Positions 31,801 to 44,541 of a stretch of DNA of 64,000 nucleotides are shown here, piece after piece (position 1 is the first letter of the stretch; each line of letters begins with the position of its first letter). The position numbers and the translations under genes were made by a program. Under the pieces are notes generated by a model that saw only the letters and a list, made by a program, of their open reading frames with translations, made no database searches and was not told where the DNA came from. The stretch spans positions 62,001 to 126,000 of the forward strand of contig DF237076.1 in assembly GCA_000708835.1 (NCBI GenBank), in the 5' to 3' direction. This DNA is from Klebsormidium nitens. Taxonomy: Eukaryota; Plantae; Klebsormidiophyceae.

Positions 31801-34800
31801 GGCCCACCAATCTGAAGACTCACCTTCTGCCTTGGTCCGGCGCATCCGGGTCCGCGGCAATAAGCGCGTTGAGCAGCTCCAGGTACGACAGGGTGGAGGG
31901 GTACAGCTCGTCACGTGCCTCCACCTCGTTTAGCTCGTACACCATATCGTATGCCTGCGGACGAAACGATTTATAGATTTGAGGGTCGCGATATATGCAG
32001 AGTTTACATCCTGCCCGACCAAAGCAGCAGTGACTATTTTGGTATTGGTGTCGGCAGCTTTGAACAATCAGCTTTTCACGTGAATGAGACGCAGGCACCA
32101 GGACTCAAGCATAGTACGACGAAGGAGACTACGGTCACTGCCCATTTGACACCGCAAATGGAAACATTAAAGATAAGCCGGTTCCAAGGAAAGTGAAACC
32201 CAAGCAGAAACGTCTGGGTCACTGAAAGCGTTGCAGCTTGCGCACTGAACCATGTGGAGTAGCGCCCTCGGCACATGCATGATTCGGAAGCTCGAATCGG
32301 CCCCTGCGCATGGGCAAAACGGAAAACGAAAACGCGAAGTACTGGGCCAACAAGTTTGACCGTTCTGAGGGGGGCCGTTCTCACCTGCCCAGGGAGGGGG
32401 GCACCAGGAGTGGTGGAAAGCGGCACTGGAGGCGCCACCAGCGGGATGTCGTATGCGTCCAAAAGGGCGAAGATGCGGTCACGAGTCGCCTGGAAAGAGG
32501 AATGCGCACAATCAGCATTCCAACGACGAGTGGAAGAGGTAGTGTGCGGCGTCCTGACTCAGACAGAGGACGAAACGAGGGAAGGACACGTGGCAGGGTT
32601 TGACCTGACGGACAAATGGCGAGGGGAAAGCAGCTGCAACACGATCGCGTCCTTATAAGCAACCAGATTCACTCGCAGAGAGCCAGTAAGCGAAGTTTTG
32701 GGTCAACCCATCCGTGAGGGAATGCTACAGCCCTTCCGAAAGCTTTCCTGGCAACGCCATAGCGTCAGATCGGTGACGTTAAGTAAAACTCCCGGCGAAA
32801 AAGATAGAAAGGCGGCTCTTTAGGGACCGCTTCGTTCTTAACGGACGCTTCAAATTGCTACGGCCGACTTGCGAACCTTCTCCTCGTTATTTAGTTTGCG
32901 AATCTCACAAGCAAGATATTGGCGCCTGGAAGAGATGGAAGCGCCCACCTGAGAGACCGGCACAAAGGCGGCGATAGCCCGGCGCAGCGCGGCCTTGAGG
33001 CGCAGCGGGACGTTCTCGAAGGGGAGCAGACGGAAGAGCGGCTCGATGTCGGGGAACCATTGCGCGCGCTCGGCAGGGGCGCCCTCCTGGACCACCTGTT
33101 ACAAAAGCTAGGGCGTGAGCCCTGCTGGGCCTGGGATCTCGAGGTCTAAGGTTCCATTATTTGAAAGTTGTGCGGGTGTCTCGAAGACGGAGGACATGCC
33201 GTAGAAAGCGCCCACAAAAGACTATGTTGCGGCGTCCATATTGAAGAACCAACAACGCCTTCTTCGTTCAATCCTTTGAAGGTTTAGGTCCTCTAGACCT
33301 TTCCTTTCCAAATAAAAGCCTTTTGTAGCCAGTCCCACATGACGTCAATCGTACGAGGTGTCCTCGTCCGGTCTACCAAGAGCGTCCCAAACTCAAAACC
33401 TCAACGCACGACTCTTGTGAAAGTGCGTTGCCGGCGCTGCAAAACTGATTGCAGAGACAAACTTGCTTCGACTCGAGATATGGTGTCCTTACGCACCTTC
33501 CTGAGGACCCGGCAGTAGGCTTCCAGTGCGCGTGCGTCCCCCGGGGGAAAGGGCGGCTCCTCCCCGGTGCTCTGCAGCGCCTCCCGGAAGCGCCGGTCGT
33601 ACTCGAGCAACGAGCTGAACAGGCTGGCCCACCGCGCGATGCGGAAAGGGCCGTTCTGAGAGAAGAAAACAACTTGTTTCAGAAGGTACGTCAGTAGTGA
33701 CACCCAGTGGATTGATTCTGGTATGATCCGGAAGATGACTTAGAGGATGGACTGTGGTTGGTTCGCCAAGATCGGAGAGAGTGCACGCAACGAACAGAGT
33801 TGAGAGATCCTTACTGGGCGGATGCGAAAGAGGAAATCCTTTTGGAGGAGAGGTCCGTGCAAGGAGAACCGACGAAGCGCAAGAGGTCAAGCTCTTAAGA
33901 GAGGGCAGGTGCACCAGACATCGGGCTTCAATTTGAGATGCTACTCACCAGTCTACAGTCATAGGCAGATTGGCAGAAGGGTTGTATGCGAGCTAAAGAC
34001 TTGAAAGAAGCCCAAACAGCCCTCTAAACGAAGTGTGAGACGTCTTGAAGGAAGGAAGCAGGTGTCTCTCAGAAACTATGCACACACAAACCGAGGCGGT
34101 GGCGGATAATGTGAATCGCCACAATTTAAGGGGTGTTCACCAGTTACCTTAGACTTCGGGGACGTATCTAGATAGACAATTCTTAGGGTGAAGCCCAGGG
34201 CAAACTCTTAAAGCTTATTTTTGCTTCTTTTACGAGAAAGCTGACTGACCTGTAGGAGCTCATACACTTTACGTGCGCCGTCTTCGCCGGTCGCAAGCGC
34301 CGCCAGCATGTCGAGGAAAGCCTCCAGCGTGTGCCAGCCGCGGTGGTCCTCTCCGGCGAACTCGACGAAGCCGAGAACCGTCGGGTTGAGCACGTCCTGC
34401 TCGTCGATCACCAGATCAGGAGGCACCTGGAAGGATGGGTCGTTCCTTAGTGTTGATGGCTCATATCTTGCGTCGTAATGTCTGCAACAGTGGAGAACGA
34501 GTTTGACCGTCGACTCTGCTCCAGGGCACAGTATGACGAGTCAGAGTGCAGAAAGGATGTTTCGCCATCGGGCTTTGGAACTGATTCAGATGTCGGGAAG
34601 ACTGAAAGCGAGCGTTTGGGCGGTGCTCCTTTGGTCATCTCCTCCAAATGCGTCGAGCGCCGGACAAAACGGTCCACACACGAAAATCCAAAAGCAAGCC
34701 ATGCTCCAAATGCAATGACGACGGAAATCTGTAAAGCCCCTCATTCCTGCATAGTCGCTGCAGTTTATGTCAATTCAACGCTCTTACACCAATACAATTC

Positions 34801-37800
34801 CCGTCAGCCCCTTATTCCTGCGTTAGATGCTGCAGATTATAAGAAGTTGACGCCCTTACCCCGAATACGATTCCCGTCAGCTCCATCAGCGCCAGGAACG
34901 GCGCCTGCGGTCGGTCCGCAGCCTGTGCGACCGGTACGGATCCCCCGGGCGTCATCGGCACGAGCGCGCCACTTTCGGAGAGGTCGGGGGGCGGGGCGGC
35001 GTATGCTTGGTCCTTGAGATCTTGCACCAGCTCCCGCCCGGCTTCGTGACGTAGGAGGTCCGTCACGAGGCGGCGCAGGTACGTGAAGTGGACGCGCTTC
35101 ACGTCCTCGTCGTCGTTCTGCATGGTTGTTGAAACGTCCAAGATTTCAAGGTTTTAGGAGTCAATATTTAAAAGTCGAGAAAGCCCTTGAACCTCAAGAT
35201 CTGCTTGAAAAACGTGCCGTAAATTCATCTTCTGGAAGAGTTGGCTGCTGCAAGGAACACAGGTGCAGTGTGTCAAAGTTGTTGGAATTGCACTCGAGAT
35301 ACAGCAGCTTCTCCATTGTAACGAGCAAGGACAGCGGTAAGAATTGTGAAGCGCTCCGATCGCGAGGTTGGTGTTCTCGATACTCACACCTAAGACAACC
35401 ACAATCTTTCAAGCTGAGTGCCTTACTCGATGGTTGCTCCTTGGGATTCCTGACGCCCACAATCTCGACAAGAATCCAGGAGATCGCACAAATCGAATCT
35501 CTAAACCAACCCAAACTCGCATTTCAACTCAAGCACCTTGAAGGTGGGCGCCCACAGCACTGTGTACACCAAGAAACAGAACGCTTTGTGCTCCACCGCT
35601 TTCTCCAAAAAACACGCCCTGATTGTAGACCAAACGATCGAAGATGGAACCGCATCTGACAACTCAACATTGCTAACAACCAAAACTCGAGCGGTGGCAA
35701 AACGCAAAAAGCTGCTCAAAGTACAATGAGTGTACCTTGAAGGTGGGCGTCCGCAGCACTTTGTAGACCAGGAAGTGGAACACGTTCTGCTCCACGGCCT
35801 TGTCCAGCCACGCCCGGACGTCCGAAGCCAGCTTGGCGTTTGCGACGCCGGACCCGCCCTTGGACGCGGCATTCAGCAGGAAGACGGCCCATGCCAACCG
35901 TACGATGGCGGCCCATGGCTCAACGGCTGCCACGTGGCTGGCTGCGATCTGCGGAAAGGAAACCAGGGGTCGTGAATGTAGACATTGGAAGGTTTGGTCG
36001 AGCGTCTAATGCTGAGCGTCGCAGTGATTGCGCAACGAGGTTGAGGTAGAAATTCGAAGCGAGGCTAGGGGCCGATTGTCAGCACGACGGCAGCCTAGGG
36101 CTCCACACTTGTCACGTGGCTGGCTGGAATCTGGCAGGGATAAGAAAGCAGAGCCCCTAATAAAGCGGAGTCTCTTTAAGGATCCGGCTACAGCCCTTCG
36201 CAGCCCGCGGTTTATGCACCTTGCTTCGATGTCTGCTAAACATAAAGAATGCAGCGTCCAGGTTCTGGGAAGCTGACACGTCGCAATGACAATATCAAAG
36301 CCCTAAAGTATCACAGACTTCAAAAGCAAAGACAACTGACACTCGCCTTGTTCTGGAAGCTTCCAATGAATGCGGCATCCGTCATGAGCACCGCCGGCCG
36401 CTCGTCGCTAGACGTCGCTGAGTCCGACATGAGCGTGTTGACTAGGGTAAAGGTCGCCGTGTAAGCCATATAGAGCGTCACCCCGTCGGGCCGTCGCGCG
36501 TAGTCCTGCGCTGTGTGCTGGACCAGGTCGAACAGCTTGGAACACTCGTCGGGCGCTGTGGAAGAGAAGGAGTCTTTCCTACAACTCATTGAGGCTTGTA
36601 CGCCGTTGCGATTCACCGAGACGGCGGAGCAACGAACGTCGTTGATCGAGATCTGTTAGCCATCCCCTTGAAGATACTGGAAGTTATGCCTGAACCTGCG
36701 TACGAACGATCCTGAATGTAGCACACTCCTCGGAGAAGCGACGAAAATCCATCTAAGCGGCTCTTGTACAGAATTGCAACTATGCTTTCCAAGTGTCAGA
36801 TTGCATGACAGTTGGTGAATACAAGATGAGCACGTTTTGCTATTCAACCTCAAACTCCGAAAAGGTTCTCTTTCTCAAAGCAGTTGCATAGTCGCCATGC
36901 AAGCAATGCAACGGCAGACAAAGCCCGATGGAAACCCTGGCCATTCGACCCTCGTGTTCGAAACCAAGCGCCTCTGAGCTTCCCTGCAATACGCACTCAT
37001 CGCTCAAGCAGCACCGACAACCATTTGCCAATACAGTGTCAACTAGTAGCATGTTAACCACTGCCTGAGCTCGGGAATGCACAAGAGGAAAACAACTTCA
37101 ACCATAGACCTAGGGTTGACATGCTCCGCCCCCACTTTCAGCCAACCATAAGCGTCCTCTAGACACTGTCGTTGTATCCACATGGCCCTATAGTCAACAC
37201 GAGATCAAGAGACGACAAATTGCACTCACTGATGCGCGTGACAAGGGACGCGTAAACGAGGCACTCCGAGAGGAGCATCCTCTCCTTCTGGACCGCCCAT
37301 GCGCGCGGCACCAGCGAACCCCGCAGATCCGCCACGTACGGCTCGCAGCTCGCGTTGCCCATTCCGGCGGGCTCCTCCCGGCTCAAGCCCTGCGCTTGAG
37401 CGAATGCATCCGGTTAGGGACGAGTTCCTCAAAAGGTACAAGAAGGAAAGGGAGGAACACACCGTCCGTTCCTTGAGAGCAGTCGTCTTTCCCTTTGCCC
37501 ATCCTGCGGGCTCCTGCCCTACGGAGCGGACAACGATTACGACGGACGGACAACATCTGAGCATATTGACAGATAAAGAGAAAGAATGCTGCGACTGTCG
37601 GGTCGTTACCTTGATGAGTTCGACAATCCGCGTGCGCAGGCCGGCCCCCATGAGGTCCTTGAGGTAGTCGAACAGGTCCTGCGCCAGCCGGGGCGCCACC
37701 ATGTTGTACGCCCAGCCCTGCAACACGAGGAGAAACGAACGAAGGCTCAACGAAAGGTAGGAACAACAACCAGAAAACCGATTCGATCCCAGTTGCAAAC

Positions 37801-40426
37801 ATGTATTTGCAGGAAGGATCAGGACGCTGCGAGTTTGAAGCTTAGGGATATCGGAGATCCTTGCCCGTTGATTGCTACCCAGTCCTGGAACTGGTTGAGA
37901 GAGAGAAGCGTCCAGCGAGTTGAACCACGACTATAGGAATCGTCGTGGTCCTTTAAAGCCGGCTTAATTCAAGACGAGGAAAAAGTAGACAGCTCTCAAG
38001 GATGAAGATAAGCTAGGCCTCCCGAGGCTCCACTTCAAGAATTGACTCGTAGCGATGTCGTAGCGTTCAACTTCTGGCGAGCTTACTGGCAAACAAACTT
38101 GCTGAGGCCGAGGGCAATATGTGCATCTTCTTATGGAGTACGCCCAGAGAAAAGGAGCGTGGTGCTGTGCTCAAGAGGTTCTAAAATAAGTAGCCCCAGT
38201 CTTTACACGGATTCTGACGGGCCTTGCCGGAAGAGCAGTCAACCGACTAGGAATCACTGGGGAGACAGGGTGCTGACCATACGTTTTGCCGCCCCCACAC
38301 GGCGAAATTAACGCGACGACCCAAAGGACAAAAGGAACTTGCCTTGAGGAGTAAGTGAAGCGCTGAAATCAGCGACCGGCGCTCTTCCAGATAGATACCC
38401 GCTGCCAGGCGCAGGATCTCCAGGGGGCTCCGGCCCGTGATGTCCTTCTGCAGTCCGTTCACAATTTCATTTCAGCGATTGTTCGGCAATCAATCAGCAA
38501 CAAAGACAAATCTAATGTTGGCGGCAACGGAAGTCTTCGCTGGCTGCCGTACGTAACTATTTACCTTACGAGACAAGACTTTGAAGGAGATGACTGCGGA
38601 TTGATACTCCTCAAAAAGAGCGTCGGAGGACTGATTCCCTGAGAGGGCCATGTAGCCAAGGGAACCGCTCTAACAGTTGCCAGGAAAGGCACATACTGTA
38701 CCGCCGCAATTCAACGACTAGATAGCCGTTTGGTGGGAGCCAAGACAATCTCCGATTCTCAAAAACAAGCAAGCAGTCTTTACGATCTGGTTGTAGAAAT
38801 CCACGTTTTACCCTCGAAAGGCGAAAGCTCTACGCGATTGAATATACATTACGCTGGTCCTGTCAGAATTTGGGAAAGTGAAGACACCCGCATTCTTGAA
38901 TCCCAGACACCCGCGATCTAAGGAGTGCCGTCGCCGCCTGTGGCATCAACGCAACCAACCACCTGATCTGTCTGCCCTCTTTCTGAAACAATTGATTGAA
39001 ATGAGATCTCATACTCAGAGACTGAACACGATCTTACCTCCTGGTGGCATGCTATCAGCAGCTCCACGCAGTCCAGCTCGTTGAGATTGAAGTCGTCGCT
39101 CAGCTTCAGCGCGATCTGCACGTCTTGCTCGTCGAGCAGCGTGGGGGGGGCGTTCGGCAAGCGCACGTCGCGTGACTGGACATGCTTACGGTCCTCCGGT
39201 CGAGGGGGCTGAAACAAATAAAAGCCCTGGTCAGCAACTTTCCTTGACCCTTGGTCAAAGAGTGCTTAGCTTCCACCTGAGGTGCTTGCAATTTTTTTGG
39301 CTGCAGCTGTCACATTGAGATTCATGGTTAAGGAACCTGGTTAACAACTGGTTACATGCCCCTTTGCCACAATTGCGCTTATCCACCATCAGATGCGCCT
39401 TAAGGTGGACATGAATGCATTTGGTTGACCTGGCGCTGGGGCAGAAAGCACGCCAAGATTCACCAAGCCCCAGGTTGAATTCAAGGCTTTTTACTTGATT
39501 GAAACACCAACTTTCACATGATCATATCGACCTCTTTTAGGCTCTATTGCCGGTTTCAGGGATACTGACACCATCCTGGGCCAATCAGCCCTAGTGTGAT
39601 TGACATACGAGTCGATGCATTACTTTAAATAGGATGCGCTCATAAGTGGCGAAGAATTCTGCTCAGTGTCACTGAGCAGTGATCAAGTGCTGGCAGATGC
39701 CTGCCCCTTCCAGTCTCTGAAAAGTAGTATGGTGCACAAGTGTGGACGTAGATCTCTTGGCGCCATGTTTTCAAAGGGTCGACGGAGGGTGGTCTGAGAA
39801 GGACATTGACATGCAAACCATGACAGTCCACAGTATTGAGCTGCATATGCGGCCCAGTTGATTCTGGACAATGCAGGTTAAGGCAGATAAACTCAACAAG
39901 TCTTGAAAGGATGGTGGCATTTGCACAAGGGATCACAGACCTTCTGGGGCGTATCTTAAAGCCTAGGCATGGAGGCAGGAGACCCCTGCAATACAAGCTC
40001 GACTTCTCTTTCCATCTAGCAAGGCGCTACTTTTGCAAGATTTGAAAGGTGATTGATGGCGCCAATGTCAAGAGTACCAGGATCAGGCCAATGCAGACAT
40101 TCTGCTTGGCGTGGCTGCACTAACAAGCAACCAAGCCTTCAGCAATTCTGCACCACCCATCAGAAGCCCATGTGAATACATCTGTCTTTCCTTTAGCACC
40201 GAAGTACTCATGCGGCCAGCAAGACTTTTAAAGGACATTATACGGGCCCTAAACATCTATGCAGGTCTAAGTGAGCTTTACCTACCGGATAATTCAGCAG
40301 ATCCCGGAACGTTTGCTGGTGCTGCCGCAGCGCTATCTCCAGTTGCCCCCGCTCCTCCGGCTGCAGCTCCGCCCCCGATACCGCCACCTCGACCACCTGG
40401 AGAAGGTCTCGATATGACGGCATCAT
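13824..40426 (-). CDS. NUP205: Nuclear pore complex protein NUP205 (Nup192 family), complete, 36 exons, 5709 nt (1902 aa + stop)
   Basis: Exons: 40426-40286, 39208-39038, 38447-38343, 37717-37610, 37389-37230, 36555-36341, 35948-35736, 35117-34860, 34426-34250, 33655-33497, 33095-32949, 32489-32385, 31954-31824, 31242-31123, 30588-30450, 29865-29668, 28955-28837, 28018-27868, 27393-27281, 26871-26703, 26353-26276, 25721-25515, 24753-24544, 24165-23995, 23162-23022, 22460-22267, 20210-19973, 19384-19250, 18846-18673, 18087-17941, 17516-17325, 16716-16535, 15667-15446, 15050-14906, 14438-14361, 13919-13824. Phases are consistent and the total is divisible by 3. Motifs recalled from plant NUP205: LDEQDVQIALKLSDDFNLNELDCVELL, LLEYVRY, RPAPNVTHLLLGFD, RAWLLKLAALELH, AQLHMLTGWQQLVE. 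Confidence 0.95.
15700..16220 (-). repeat. Array of 4-5 copies of the acceptor and 5' end of NUP205 exon 15667-15446
   Basis: Recurrent (t/g)ccgatctggacg/ccgacctgga junction at about 15729, 15884, 16017, 16147 and a short remnant near 16212. Confidence 0.9.
19071..19091. repeat. Short intronic tandem repeat (CCACCAAAATGA)x2.5
   Basis: ccaccaaaatgaccaccaaaatgaccaccaag around 19061-19092. Confidence 0.8.
21800..22200 (-). repeat. Three copies of the 3' end and donor of NUP205 exon 22460-22267
   Basis: (a)cccacctcc(gt/gc)ttgagcagct motif at about 22117-22200, 22043-22065 and 21801-21821. Confidence 0.8.
23279..23585 (-). repeat. Three copies of the acceptor and 5' end of NUP205 exon 23162-23022
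   Basis: gcgccgggagatggc-like motif at 23279-23320, 23431-23478 and 23565-23585. Confidence 0.85.
24833..25112 (-). repeat. Two copies of the acceptor and 5' part of NUP205 exon 24753-24544
   Basis: Near-identical about 100-nt copy at 24836-24936 and a more diverged copy at 25040-25112. Confidence 0.95.
29105..29580 (-). repeat. Four copies of the 3' part and donor of NUP205 exon 29865-29668
   Basis: Copies at 29478-29580, 29341-29425, 29213-29310 and 29107-29180, with divergence increasing away from the exon. Confidence 0.95.
29946..30025 (-). repeat. Diverged copy of the acceptor and 5' part of NUP205 exon 29865
   Basis: cag|GACCTGATGCAGGGCCGCCTGATGTTCCAG.. reads DLMQGRLMFQKFLSLLMSNVN versus live DLMQGRVIFRNLLALLMSGVD. 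Confidence 0.9.
35530..35615 (-). repeat. Copy of the 3' part and donor of NUP205 exon 35948-35736
   Basis: IRACFLEKAVEHKAFCFLVYTVLWAPTFK|GT versus live VRAWLDKAVEQNVFHFLVYKVLRTPTFK|GT. Confidence 0.9.
38337..38343 (-). other. GC-AG intron donor (AAG|GCAAGT) in NUP205
   Basis: Exon 38447-38343 ends LHLLLK. No in-frame GT is adjacent, the context otherwise matches the donor consensus perfectly, and the phase fits exon 37717. Confidence 0.8.
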
Positions 40427-42464
40427 GCCCCACGATGGGCACTTCTATCAAGTCAAAGAGACATAGGTGAGCAGACTTAGGGCCCCAATGTTGCCAACTT
40501 TTACGAGAAGGTGTCCTGACAGCCAGACGCTTGGAAAGTGAGCTTGCCAGCTTTGCTTTTGACCGAGTGCTTGCAAGCAACTTTGCAATTGGTTCAACAG
40601 TCCGAAGCGGCCGCGCTCAACCGTGATGCGCCGCGGCTCCGAACGCCGCGCGCGCTCGGAGCCTGTGATCGGATGGCATGCCAGAAATCACAGAAAGCCA
40701 CCTCCTCACTCCGACCATCTGCAGAGAGTTCGAAAAGCCGACCACGCTCACGTTGACGGCTGTCTCTGCACATGTGCAGTGCGGGTCGGCTCTCAAAGTC
40801 TTAGATAAGATACACGAAAAAAAACAACCGTCTCAGCAAGATCTTAGTACTACAGCGCATGAGAATTTGCGGATCCATGCAAAGTTGCGAAGTCCCAGTG
40901 AGATTAAACGGTGCCGGGACGTCGGAGTTCAATCTTTGCTTTCCCATCATCGCCTTCACCTTTTCATACTAGCAAGCAGTGGGCCCGAGATCTAGTGACT
41001 GGTTATAAGTGGCCGTTCATCAGTTTGTGGCACTGCCGCGGGCATGCCACCGGCGGCTTTCCAGCACCGAACGAGCACCGAACTACCCATTGCCATTCCT
41101 CCTGCTGCCCTGCCGTACTAGTGCCCCTGACTGAGCCGGCGGCGTGGTCACCTCATCATGCGCCAGTGCCACATGCACTTTCGAGATAGAATGGCATTAG
41201 GCCGCACTCCCCTTTCTATTGGCGGCTTCAACGGCGGCAATGATGCCCTTTAGCACGGTTCCGAATTACGATATCTCCACGGCCGTACTATTGATTTGTT
41301 GTGCAACCTCGGAGCTTTCAAGCGCTTTTGCCATTTTACATGATAGACCGTGTCTCAATGACGGTCAATATTAGTTTAGTTTAGTTGATTTAACGTCGGT
41401 TCGGAGCCGTGGTCGGCTAAGTCGACGATTGTCTCTATTTGGAACTCTACACTAAACTCGCTCTTGATGCAAAGCTTAAGTATATATTCATCATGATCGT
41501 AGAAACGTCTCAAGTCAAAAAGGGCCGGGGAGATGCCAAATCTGGATGTGGGCGGCTTGAGGGGATAATTGTACTATGACGAAACCAGCCATGGCGGTAA
41601 TTAAGCCATAATGTCGGAGCTGCACGATGATACTAATATTATGCTGTTCTTGTACATGACATCACGAAGCGGCAGCGGCACAGTGCACAATCTCGTCTTA
41701 GCTTGTGCACTCGTAATCCCATCGATATCAACGTCTGACGTGCATTTGTGCAGAGTTGCAGAAAATTCGAAATCGGATTTGCTTTGGGCGCTGAAATGGT
41801 CGGGTTTATAGTCACTGGCAGGCCCGTTTATCCGCTGTAGCAAAGCCCATTCACGAGCCACCGCTGGTACATGGCTAGCTCATTAAGTATTGGTATGATT
41901 TCGGACTTGTTGGACAAGTTTCTGCAGCGATACGTTGAGCCAAACAATCAAAAGCACTTCTGGTCAACGCCTCTAATATTTTGCTAGCTTGATGCTTGGG
42001 CATTGCAGTGGCGCAGCCACAAGCGAGGAGAAGGTGTCAAGGGAAAGGGAGGCCAGCTTCTCTAGATGATGCGATCAGCAGTTTGACTCACCATGTGACG
42101 CACTGCGCGACATTTGAAAGTTTTACTGTATAAGATGACATGACAGTGAGTAAGTACTACTACTGAACTCTGAAGCCTTGGCTCTTGGCGACACTCTCAT
42201 AGCAATCCTTTTGGTCCTCTTGGTTGATATACGTCATTGTAAAGAAGGTCGACGGACTTAGAGCGCGATCGACATGCTGGACAAGGACAAGTTTCCGGAA
42301 TGAGAAGACTAGCTATTATCTATAGGCTACATGTGTGTACGAAACGTCTCTTTGAGCAGTTCCCCTTTCATGATCCCCCATTAGCCCAAACTTGGCTTTG
42401 TTGAAGGTTCACTAAGGACAGGCACGTTTTTTAGGATGTTCAACAGTTACAGTGACCAGACTAT

Positions 42465-43570
42465 TTAAGTAAAGCAGCTGAACAAAAACAAGCTGTATTC
42501 CTGCACGTTCTCCGCCAACCACTGGAGAGTTTCCTCCGTAAGCCCCGTCCCCTTGAACAAAGCCTTGTACTCGTCAAAGTCCTTCGGCTTTTTGATGTCC
42601 TTTGACTCATCAGCATAGCTCTGCACGACAAACGGTATGTTGGCACCGCCTTTCACCCTCTCGTGTCCGCAGTAGACCCCAGTTGCTATGAATGAAAAGG
42701 GGGTAAGTCCGACCTTTTCCTCAAACAGATACTCAACCTTGTTGCAGGGAGGGACTAAAAGGCCGTAGGGTTTGAACCCCGGAGCCGCGCCAACTTCCTG
42801 AATGAAAACTTCCAGCACGCCTGTTTTTGTCCTGTACCCATGCTTGCATGCGCTATCGTCCTGCTCTGCGTCAGACTTCTCTTCGGACTCGGACTTCATG
42901 TCAGCGTCACTTTCAGCTTCCCAGCCTCCGTCATCTTGTCCGTCCTGTTCATCTTTCTCCTTTAGACTTTTCTTGGCACCAGAGGTGATCTTGTCAGCTT
43001 CAATCTCCTCGCAGCTTCCTTGGCTTGTCTTCTGCCTTTTGAAAGCCTTTGCACCGCTCTTGTCAGATGGCGCCGAATCCTTGGAAGGGCGTAGCCCCGA
43101 TCTCTTGTAAAGATTGTCCAAGACATTTGCCGGGGGCAGAGGATGTGCAGGAAACAGAAAGCCCTTGGCCTTGATAATGGTCAAGTCTACCCCCATCGCT
43201 GCTGCAAACAAGTGGATTGGAGCGCTAAGTCCTGTGTAAGGGTTTGTTCAGATCAGCGCTCTTGAAAGAAGTGCAGACGAAAGACCTCTGGCAACTCTAA
43301 AACTACCGTCTTGTTGGTCAAGACTTGCTGGCCGGAAATTAGCCCCTGCCGAACCTACCAGCAGGCGCTAGGATCCTACCGGGCGCCACAGTGTTCTGCA
43401 ACAAGCTCTTTTCGTGCTCTTTTGATCACTGAGTTTACACTACTAGACGTCCCTGAAAGACCATCGGGCACCTTGATCCGGTCAAAATCCCCGGTCAGCC
43501 GAACGACGTTGAGAGCGGCCTCCCCGCTGTCCCCGCTGATCAAGGGCTGATCTCCATGTAATGTGGCCAC
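42465..43570 (-). CDS. Uncharacterised protein: long exon about 43225-42465 plus a probable upstream exon about 43570-43380; start codon unresolved
   Basis: 248-aa open frame with a natural composition: an acidic/lysine-rich low-complexity middle and a globular-looking C-terminus. A phase-2 splice CG|GTAG...TTAG|C would join it to the 43376-43570 ORF. No family recognised. Confidence 0.6.
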
Positions 43571-44541
43571 TAGTATCAGCAGTGTGGCGCAGTCTGAGCG
43601 CGTCGCGGCCGGGCGGGACTCGGACGCATTTGCGCGCGGCGCGCGATCACTGCATTGCTCATGATCAGTGGCAGGGTTTCAACGAAGGAAGAGGGTTTCG
43701 TACCGCCCGGGCCAGGTTTGACCCAAGTTGAGCGCGAGCACGGCGATCCTGTCCATGACCAACTTCATGATACGGTCGGTATGCACGACCAGTACGCAAC
43801 GTACGTACCTTTAGGTACCTACGTAGATACATGATAGGGATCATCCAAGCTGCAATTGAAGACCAGCAGTAACCAAGATATTATGTAGCGGAGTGATAGA
43901 CTCATTGCATTGCATGAGCCAACTGGAGCCAAGTGAGTACAACTGCAACTCAGTACTGAGTACATTGTGGTGATTGCTTCCGTCATGTGTGTTTTTCCTT
44001 TGAAAATGAAGGGTGGCGTGTTGATTAAGATCGCGTAATCAGTTCCCTGGACCATCTTCGTCCTTGGCACGAAACGACTTCTGTCGACAAGTCCCCTCTC
44101 CTTCTCAGCCCTATTGAGTTGACGGAAGGAGCATATGCATTTGGGTACAGGCGGCGTATGACAGCTTGCAAATTTTGGTTCGTTGCAAACAGATTTTTGC
44201 ACTGCACAGCGTCTTCTGCAAGCTTGCTCTAAAGTCCCAGATCTCCCAAGTCACCTAGAAGTCAGCTACTGTGATAGTACAGTAGTCGAAGTTGCTCTGC
44301 CAGCTGCCTGGAGCTGCATGTCAGCAATTTGACTTCGAAATTCAGATTTTGCCGCTTGGCCACGCCTTTCCTTGATCCAGGACTGCCAATGCGGAAGTCT
44401 GTGAGCTGACCAATCAAATCTCGTGCCAGGGCCTCCTGAGGCAGACTCCGAGAAGCGTCTGGAGTCCGCATTGAGCATACCTGGTCAAAACAACGTATTC
44501 AAGGTTCATGCTAGTTAGGACAAACCACCATTTTGCGAGTC

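Noticed and set aside
41026-41173. 10-bp inverted repeat TGTGGCACTG/CAGTGCCACA with nearby ATGATGA and CTGA (MITE or C/D snoRNA)
   Set aside because: Several such short inverted repeats are expected by chance in 64 kb, and the stem lies inside rather than outside the putative box D.
43819-44202. 127-aa minus-strand ORF upstream of the orphan gene
   Set aside because: No recognisable motif or convincing splice link. It may be promoter or UTR sequence, though it is not fully excluded as a first exon.
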